Shown: positions 25,721 to 31,397 of the stretch, one piece after another
How positions within the stretch are numbered: the first letter of the stretch is position 1
Layout of the letters: every line of letters starts with the position of its first letter
Virus record (IMG/VR): IMGVR_UViG_3300028586_000777
Location: 1 to 31,397 of that record
Source: a virus
Lineage: Duplodnaviria > Caudoviricetes
Strand: one strand, 5' to 3'
Length of the DNA: 31,397 nucleotides
Position numbers and translations under genes: made by a program
The notes under the pieces: generated by a model
Told to the model about the DNA's origin: nothing
The model's database searches: none
The model's input: only the letters and a program-made list of their open reading frames with translations

Positions 25721-28216
25721 ATGAATATTATATCTACCGTAAACGATAAGCGCTTTTCTATAAACAACATACAGTACCTAAAAAACTATGTTACAGAGGT
25801 GCGCGGCAATAAAATAGCCATTTTTAACTGCTACGAGCGGCACGACGTGCTGGTAGAGTTAACGCATTACAGCAACTTTATGGTTAACCGCGTGCGTTAC
25901 CCCAACGTGACAGATTTGCAGGCGGCGCTGTTGCCGGTGCTGTATTCGCGCAATAACCTTGGCGGCGACGGCCCGGATATCGACCAGGATAACATAGAGA
26001 TCGTGCATTACTTAAGGAGTGCATCGGCGGCTGCCGAAAACATGCTGGCACAAATAAACAGCCTCGAAATGTATACACTCGATGATAAACAAAGCCTGTG
26101 GTTTATTGTTACTGTTCCCGGTACGGCACAACCTAACGGAAAACTAACCTACCCCCGCACGTTTAAATATAAAATGGTAAACTATGGTAAGGGTACCTAC
26201 GGGCAGGGTGCGTTTCAGTTAGCGGCAAGCGATGTAGAACTAGTTTATGCAGCGCAGGCAACAGCCACCGACATAAAAAATCAGCCCGGTACACAGGTTA
26301 TTAACTATGGTGCTATTACTACCGGTATTGCATCGTGGGTTTCGCTACACAGCCCCGCTTTTAGTATACCTGCCCCCGCAAGTGCTTACACTTTTTTTAC
26401 CGGTACTGTAAATGGCACGGCCATAAGTTACTTATGGGTGGGCACGGCAGGCACTAACGGATCAGGCGGAAGGCCAGCCGCCGCATCAGACTTTTTAGCA
26501 TTAGCCGAAACCGTAACCACTACAGAGCAGGATAATATAGACGTTAAAAAGTCATTTACTTTAAGTGGTCTTTATACCACAACTACCATATTAAACAAAA
26601 TAAACAGCCTTCCTGCTTATGCGGTAAGCGAAAAACAATCGGTATGGTTTGTTGGCCGCGACCTTACCTTTACGGAAGGTGGCCTAAACAGACCCGAACT
26701 GCCTGCAACCACAAATCCGCTCGTCCTTAAATATAAAATGCTCAATAAGGGTGCAGGTATTTATGGCATGGGGCAAACACAGCTAACAGCGGCAGATATC
26801 GAGCTTGTATACAGCAATGAAGCTTCGCTGAACGACCTTGAGGCTGCCCCAGAAACCGATGTACTTTTATTTACACTTACCACAGGGCAAACGCTGAGCC
26901 AGTGGCTTAATACCAGTAACCCTGCTAAAGTTATACAGCCGCAGGAAGAAGGCTATACCCTATTTAAAAGCACAGGCGCAGATAACCGGACTTATTTATG
27001 GATAGGCAGCGGAGGAACTTATGGCAGCGGGAGAACACAGGCTGTGCAGGATAATTTTCAGTTATTAAATGAGGCAATTACTCCCGTTATACAGGATAAC
27101 ATAGATATTAAAAAAATGTTTACCATACCTAACAATTATACTACTGCAAGTATAGTTTCGGCAATAAATAGTTTAAGCGCCTACGAAATAAAAGACACGC
27201 AATCGGTCTGGTTTATTGGCAGGCAGCAAACGATGCTGCAAATTCCGGGGAACATTGGCCTCAATGAGCCCATACGGTATTTGGGTCCGTTGATCTTAAA
27301 ATACAAAATGATTAACAAAGGCAAAGGCTGGTACGGGCGCGGGGGCATTGCGCTAACATCGGCCAATATTGAACTGGTTTACACCAACGAAGCCTCATTA
27401 GAAGACCTGGAGTCGGGAGCCGAAACGCAGATTATCGACTTTATCCTGGCACAGGGCCAAAGCTTAAGCGAGTGGCTCAATGTACAGCTTCCGGATAAAA
27501 ACATACAACCTCAGGAAGAGGGATATACAATCTTTAAAGGAACTGTTGATAGCGAAGAAGTATCTTATTTATGGATAGGAGCAGCAGGAAGATATGGCAC
27601 CGGCAGGCTGCAAAGCAGTGAAACTGACTTCCAGCTACTAAATGATGTTGCACCGGCCCCGTTCATACCAGGCTATGCGCAGGTGCTTAGCCAGAATAAC
27701 AGGACATTGCAGTATGCCGTGCATGGTAACGAAACCACAGGTGCTACTACCGCCTACGGGGCAGATATAGAGCATACAGGCATCAGCGGGCTATCTGTTG
27801 CATTAGATTTTGATGAGCCAGCTGCTACAGTACGCTACCGCATTCCGGCGAAGCCGACACAAGATATTTTTGCAATGCAAAGTGATATTCACAAACCCGT
27901 TAAAACTATTACAGTTTCTACCGCGGGTTTTACCGCAGAAACATACACATTACAGGCAGAAGATAAGGATAAATGGCTGCTGTTTAACGTCTCAACCGAC
28001 TTTACAGTAAAAATTCCGGATACGGTGTTTGCAGCGAATACGCTTATAGAAGGCGAAGTTGCAGATGTGGGTCAGGCAACTTTTGTAACGGTTGGGGCAT
28101 CGCTGCATCACGGCGCATCTGAAAATCCGAGAACAGCAGAAAAAAACAGCGTGTTTGGACTGAAATTCAGGTCGGCCACAGAGGTTTCACTATATGGCAA
28201 ACTCGATTTACGATAA
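25721..28216 (+). CDS. Fibre/decoration-like structural protein with three ~185 aa repeats and a C-terminal adaptor domain
   Basis: QDNI...INSL..Y...KQSVWF...KYKM.N.G.G.YG...ELVY...YLW.G..G..G.G repeats begin near 25985, 26528 and 27092; C-terminal YTL...D.DK.L.F......V.IP...F...GQ.T...YG.L domain. Confidence 0.75.
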   Translation: MNIISTVNDKRFSINNIQYLKNYVTEVRGNKIAIFNCYERHDVLVELTHYSNFMVNRVRYPNVTDLQAALLPVLYSRNNLGGDGPDIDQDNIEIVHYLRSASAAAENMLAQINSLEMYTLDDKQSLWFIVTVPGTAQPNGKLTYPRTFKYKMVNYGKGTYGQGAFQLAASDVELVYAAQATATDIKNQPGTQVINYGAITTGIASWVSLHSPAFSIPAPASAYTFFTGTVNGTAISYLWVGTAGTNGSGGRPAAASDFLALAETVTTTEQDNIDVKKSFTLSGLYTTTTILNKINSLPAYAVSEKQSVWFVGRDLTFTEGGLNRPELPATTNPLVLKYKMLNKGAGIYGMGQTQLTAADIELVYSNEASLNDLEAAPETDVLLFTLTTGQTLSQWLNTSNPAKVIQPQEEGYTLFKSTGADNRTYLWIGSGGTYGSGRTQAVQDNFQLLNEAITPVIQDNIDIKKMFTIPNNYTTASIVSAINSLSAYEIKDTQSVWFIGRQQTMLQIPGNIGLNEPIRYLGPLILKYKMINKGKGWYGRGGIALTSANIELVYTNEASLEDLESGAETQIIDFILAQGQSLSEWLNVQLPDKNIQPQEEGYTIFKGTVDSEEVSYLWIGAAGRYGTGRLQSSETDFQLLNDVAPAPFIPGYAQVLSQNNRTLQYAVHGNETTGATTAYGADIEHTGISGLSVALDFDEPAATVRYRIPAKPTQDIFAMQSDIHKPVKTITVSTAGFTAETYTLQAEDKDKWLLFNVSTDFTVKIPDTVFAANTLIEGEVADVGQATFVTVGASLHHGASENPRTAEKNSVFGLKFRSATEVSLYGKLDLR

Positions 28217-28218
28217 CT

Positions 28219-29763
28219 ATGGGAGCAATTTTAGCAAGCAGGATGAGGCAGCGGATTATGCCGTTTGTCTCGGTATGGAAAACTGATAACATTGCCGATG
28301 GCAGCAGTGCCGCAAACCAGATTAAACTTCCGTTATACGATGGCGGTATTTATGATTTTAAGGTTGACTGGGGAGACGGCACGGCATCTAAAATAACATC
28401 GTACGGCCAGGCTGAGGTAACCCACAGCTATGTTAACGAAGGAACGTATACCGTAACCATAAAAGGGACTCTTATAGGATTTCGCTTTAGTACTTCAAAC
28501 GACAGGCTAAAATTCCTGACTGTAAAGCAGTGGGGATGTTTAAGGGTTGGCAATTTGGGTCGTATTTTTATTGGCTGCGCAAATTTAACCCTCGACGATG
28601 TAAGCGATGTACTGAACTTAAAAGGCATAACAGATTTAAGCTATATGTTTGCCAAATGTAGTTCGCTCACAAAGGTAAACCTGATAACCAGCTGGAACAC
28701 CACAGCAGTTACAACAATAAGTACTATGTTTTGGCAGGCATCTGTATTTAACCAGTCACTTAATGGATGGGATACCAGCAATGTAACCGATATGAATAGT
28801 GTGTTTAACAATGCTTTATCTTTTAATCAGTCACTAAACGATTGGGATACCAGTAAAGTAACGACTATGCTAAGTATGTTTAACGGTGCCTCAGCCTTTA
28901 ATCAGCCGTTAGACAACTGGGATACTGGTAATGTAATAAGCCTGTCGAGTGTGTTTAGCGGTGCCTCGTATTTCAATCAAAATATTAACAGTTGGAATGT
29001 TAGTAGCGTTACTACGATGCAGTCAATGTTTTACTTAGCAGCATCTTATAACCAACCTTTAAATGACTGGAATACCAGCAACGTTACAGATATGGCTCAG
29101 ATGTTTGGCCGTGCAACCTCCTTTAACCAGCCGTTGGGCAGCTGGGACACCGGAAATGTAACTAATATGACAAATATGTTTAGGCTCGCTACAGGACTAA
29201 CTGGTGTGTTTAATCAGGATCTTTCGTCGTGGAATACCGGTAATGTAACAACAATGTTTTACATGTTTGCATACAACCCGGTTTTCAATAAGCCTTTAAA
29301 TAGCTGGAACGTATCTAAAGTAACCAACATGGATTCGGTTTTCAGGCAATGTTTTGCGTTTAACCAGTCTCTAAATAACTGGGACACCAGCAACGTGACA
29401 AACATGAGTTCGTTATTTTTTGAAGCGAGAGCATTCAACCAGCCCCTTAATTTGTGGAATACGCGAAAGGTTACAAACCTCACAGGAATGTTTCAAAACG
29501 CTACAGATTTTAATCAGGATGTTAGTAACTGGGATGTTACAAGTGTTGCCAACTTCGGGAACTTTATGTTTGGTAAAACCTTCTTAAACTATTCTTCCGG
29601 CAATTATAACGCGCTTTTAAATAGTTGGGCATTGCAAAATGTCCTTACTAATAAGTCTGTACATTTTGGCACCATAAAATATACATCGGCAGCCCAGGCA
29701 GGCCGCAATAGCCTGACTACAACTAAAAGATGGGTTATTACCGATGGCGGAATAACTACCTGA
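28219..29763 (+). CDS. DUF285/BspA-like repeat protein with PKD-like N-terminus, putative receptor-binding protein
   Basis: About twelve 25 aa repeats FNQ.L..W(D/N)(T/V)..VT.M..MF; VDWGDG...H.Y...GTYTVTI PKD motif; no signal peptide visible. Confidence 0.88.
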   Translation: MGAILASRMRQRIMPFVSVWKTDNIADGSSAANQIKLPLYDGGIYDFKVDWGDGTASKITSYGQAEVTHSYVNEGTYTVTIKGTLIGFRFSTSNDRLKFLTVKQWGCLRVGNLGRIFIGCANLTLDDVSDVLNLKGITDLSYMFAKCSSLTKVNLITSWNTTAVTTISTMFWQASVFNQSLNGWDTSNVTDMNSVFNNALSFNQSLNDWDTSKVTTMLSMFNGASAFNQPLDNWDTGNVISLSSVFSGASYFNQNINSWNVSSVTTMQSMFYLAASYNQPLNDWNTSNVTDMAQMFGRATSFNQPLGSWDTGNVTNMTNMFRLATGLTGVFNQDLSSWNTGNVTTMFYMFAYNPVFNKPLNSWNVSKVTNMDSVFRQCFAFNQSLNNWDTSNVTNMSSLFFEARAFNQPLNLWNTRKVTNLTGMFQNATDFNQDVSNWDVTSVANFGNFMFGKTFLNYSSGNYNALLNSWALQNVLTNKSVHFGTIKYTSAAQAGRNSLTTTKRWVITDGGITT

Positions 29764-29785
29764 TTTATAAGATCATAACCTCTAT

Positions 29786-30238
29786 TTGCTAACAGTATTA
29801 AACGTGAAACTTTTACAATCTTTTTTAATACCCTTGCTTGCATTACTGTTGCCGGTGCAGGGAATGCTTATTGCAGTTGGCGCAGCGATTGGCCTCGACA
29901 CGCTAACCGGCATCTACAAATCAGTAAAAATAGGGCAGCCGTTAATAAGCCGGCGTTTTGCCGACATTATCCTGAAAATGTTTGTGTATGAGCTGGTAAC
30001 GCTCATGATATTTACCATCGACTACTGCCTGCTATCGGAGTTTTTTTGCCTGTGGTTTTCGGTAAGCTTCTTTTTTACCAAAGCCTGTGCAATGGTGTTA
30101 ATTTTTACCGAGATGGTTTCTATAAAAGAAAATATTGAGCAGGCGCACGGAATCGATATTTTAAGACAACTGCGCAATGCCTTAAAGAGAACAAAAGATT
30201 TAAAAAATGATGTATTTGACCTGACTAAAGATACTTAA
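29786..30238 (+). CDS. Holin (phage holin family 4-like)
   Basis: Several hydrophobic segments with LD.LTG..K, SRRF...I.K and E..SI.EN motifs; TAATG-coupled to the endolysin; start could be the GTG at 29804. Confidence 0.85.
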   Translation: MLTVLNVKLLQSFLIPLLALLLPVQGMLIAVGAAIGLDTLTGIYKSVKIGQPLISRRFADIILKMFVYELVTLMIFTIDYCLLSEFFCLWFSVSFFFTKACAMVLIFTEMVSIKENIEQAHGIDILRQLRNALKRTKDLKNDVFDLTKDT

Positions 30239-30768
30239 TGGACACTGTAACCTTAAACCGCATTAACTACCTGCATCCTGCTGTAAGGCAGGAGGCACTC
30301 GATGCCTATAGCCATATAAACAACAAGCTTTTTGGCAAAAAAATCAGGCTTCGCTTTTCCCATACATTACGTACCTGGGGCGAACAGGATGAGCTCTATG
30401 CCATTGGGCGAACACTGCCCGGTAAAAAAGTAACCAATGCTAAGGCAGGGCAATCTATTCATAATTATGGGTTAGCGGTTGATATCGTTATCCTGATCGA
30501 TACAAACGGCGACAACTCTTTTAAGACCGCGTCATGGAATACTACAAGCGACGATGATAAAGATGGTGTACCCGACTGGATGGAAGTTGTAACCTGCTTT
30601 AAAAAACTTGGGTGGGTTTGGGGTGGCAACTGGAAATCTTTTCCGGATTATCCTCACTTCGAAAAAACGTTTGGGCACAACTGGAAATCACTTCAGGCGA
30701 AATATAACGCGGGCAACGTGTTTACCGAAGATATTAATGGTGTAACATATACATGGGTTAATTTATGA
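30238..30768 (+). CDS. Endolysin, M15-family (L-Ala-D-Glu-type) Zn peptidase
   Basis: RT..EQ.ELYA.GRT.PG..VTNA..GQS.HNYGLAVD and WGGNW..F.DYPHFE motifs. Confidence 0.92.
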   Translation: MDTVTLNRINYLHPAVRQEALDAYSHINNKLFGKKIRLRFSHTLRTWGEQDELYAIGRTLPGKKVTNAKAGQSIHNYGLAVDIVILIDTNGDNSFKTASWNTTSDDDKDGVPDWMEVVTCFKKLGWVWGGNWKSFPDYPHFEKTFGHNWKSLQAKYNAGNVFTEDINGVTYTWVNL

Positions 30769-31397
30769 AAAGCTACTCATATCCCACCGTTATAATTGTG
30801 TTGCTAATGCTGCTCCTATTTATTGTAGATAATTGCAGGCGCAGGGAGCAAATGGCCGATGATGCCGTTAGCACATTATCCGATAGCCTAACGAGTTTTA
30901 CAAACAAGCTAGGATTACAGTCGGTACATATTGCAACCCTGCAGGTAAACAAAGCACAGTTGCAGGATATAGTTTTAGCAAAAGATAAAAAGCTGGCAGC
31001 GCTTACAAAAGAGTACAGCAGGGTAAATGCGATAGTGCAGTACAATCAGCTTGTAAAATACGATACTATAAACGTTAGTTACAAAGATACGGTACCATGC
31101 ATTTTTAATAGAGCAGGCAATGTAAGCACAAAATGGTACAGCTTTAACTATAACGCTTCGCAGGGTGGTTTTACTATAGACAGCCTTAGCATAAACAACC
31201 AGGCAACGAGTATAACCGGCTTTAAACGTTCGTGGTTTTTAGGGAAAGAAACCATTGTTACAGAGGTTACAAATACCAACCCTCATGTTACAGTTGGTAC
31301 TTTAAAATCTATAGCAATTGTGGTGCCTGTGCCCTGGTATAAAAAGTGGTATGTATGGCTGGGCGCAGGAATTGTGGGAGGGCTGCTGGCAAGATAA
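30765..31397 (+). CDS. Spanin-like lysis accessory protein
   Basis: Follows the endolysin with ATGA overlap; N-terminal hydrophobic helix ending in Cys, coiled coil, beta-rich middle, C-terminal WYKKWYVWLGAGIVGGLL membrane segment. Confidence 0.55.
   Translation: MKSYSYPTVIIVLLMLLLFIVDNCRRREQMADDAVSTLSDSLTSFTNKLGLQSVHIATLQVNKAQLQDIVLAKDKKLAALTKEYSRVNAIVQYNQLVKYDTINVSYKDTVPCIFNRAGNVSTKWYSFNYNASQGGFTIDSLSINNQATSITGFKRSWFLGKETIVTEVTNTNPHVTVGTLKSIAIVVPVPWYKKWYVWLGAGIVGGLLAR

Larger units (their letters stand above)
1..31397. mobile_element. Siphovirus-like prophage or prophage-derived (possibly GTA-like) cluster with two divergent arms
   Basis: Contains terminase, portal, Clp-type protease, capsid, tail, tape measure, holin/endolysin, CI-like repressor and replication initiator genes. 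No integrase or att site seen; true boundaries may lie outside the window. Confidence 0.9.

Noticed and set aside
28219-29763. Diversity-generating retroelement acting on the repeat protein
   Set aside because: No reverse transcriptase and no template/variable repeat pair differing only at adenines is visible.
1-31397. Integrase, att sites, tRNA or rRNA genes
   Set aside because: None recognisable; the window ends exactly at stop codons, so absence outside it cannot be judged.

Overview
The window is one Bacteroidota (probably Flavobacterium-like, inferred from TAnnTTTG promoters, protein families and repeat types) siphovirus-type gene cluster built as two divergent arms around a RecA-cleavable CI-like repressor (16948-17682). 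The left arm (minus strand) carries an unknown first gene, two SSB-like OB-fold genes, a DUF1376-type replication initiator and its partner, two AT-rich accessory cassettes, small and large terminase, neck/tail genes, tape measure, a Cys-rich protein and a small HTH protein. The right arm (plus strand) carries the repressor, a frameshifted RhuM-like gene, a ~1.75 kb tandem array, Clp-type head protease, major capsid, major tail, portal, head-tail adaptor, a fibre-like protein with three repeats, a DUF285/BspA repeat protein, holin, M15 endolysin and a spanin-like gene. No integrase, excisionase, helicase, primase or polymerase is visible, but the window stops at gene boundaries, so these could lie outside. 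The virion, packaging and lysis ORFs look intact, while several intergenic gaps are filled with REP/MITE-like palindromes, some of which supply gene stop codons. This points to a long-resident, possibly domesticated element (gene-transfer-agent-like or non-excising transducing prophage); that is a hypothesis, not shown. The most unusual non-coding feature is the array of five ~330 bp units plus a partial sixth, each with a Bacteroidota -7 promoter box and REP hairpins, directly upstream of the capsid operon. All family assignments come from motif recognition, not database searches.
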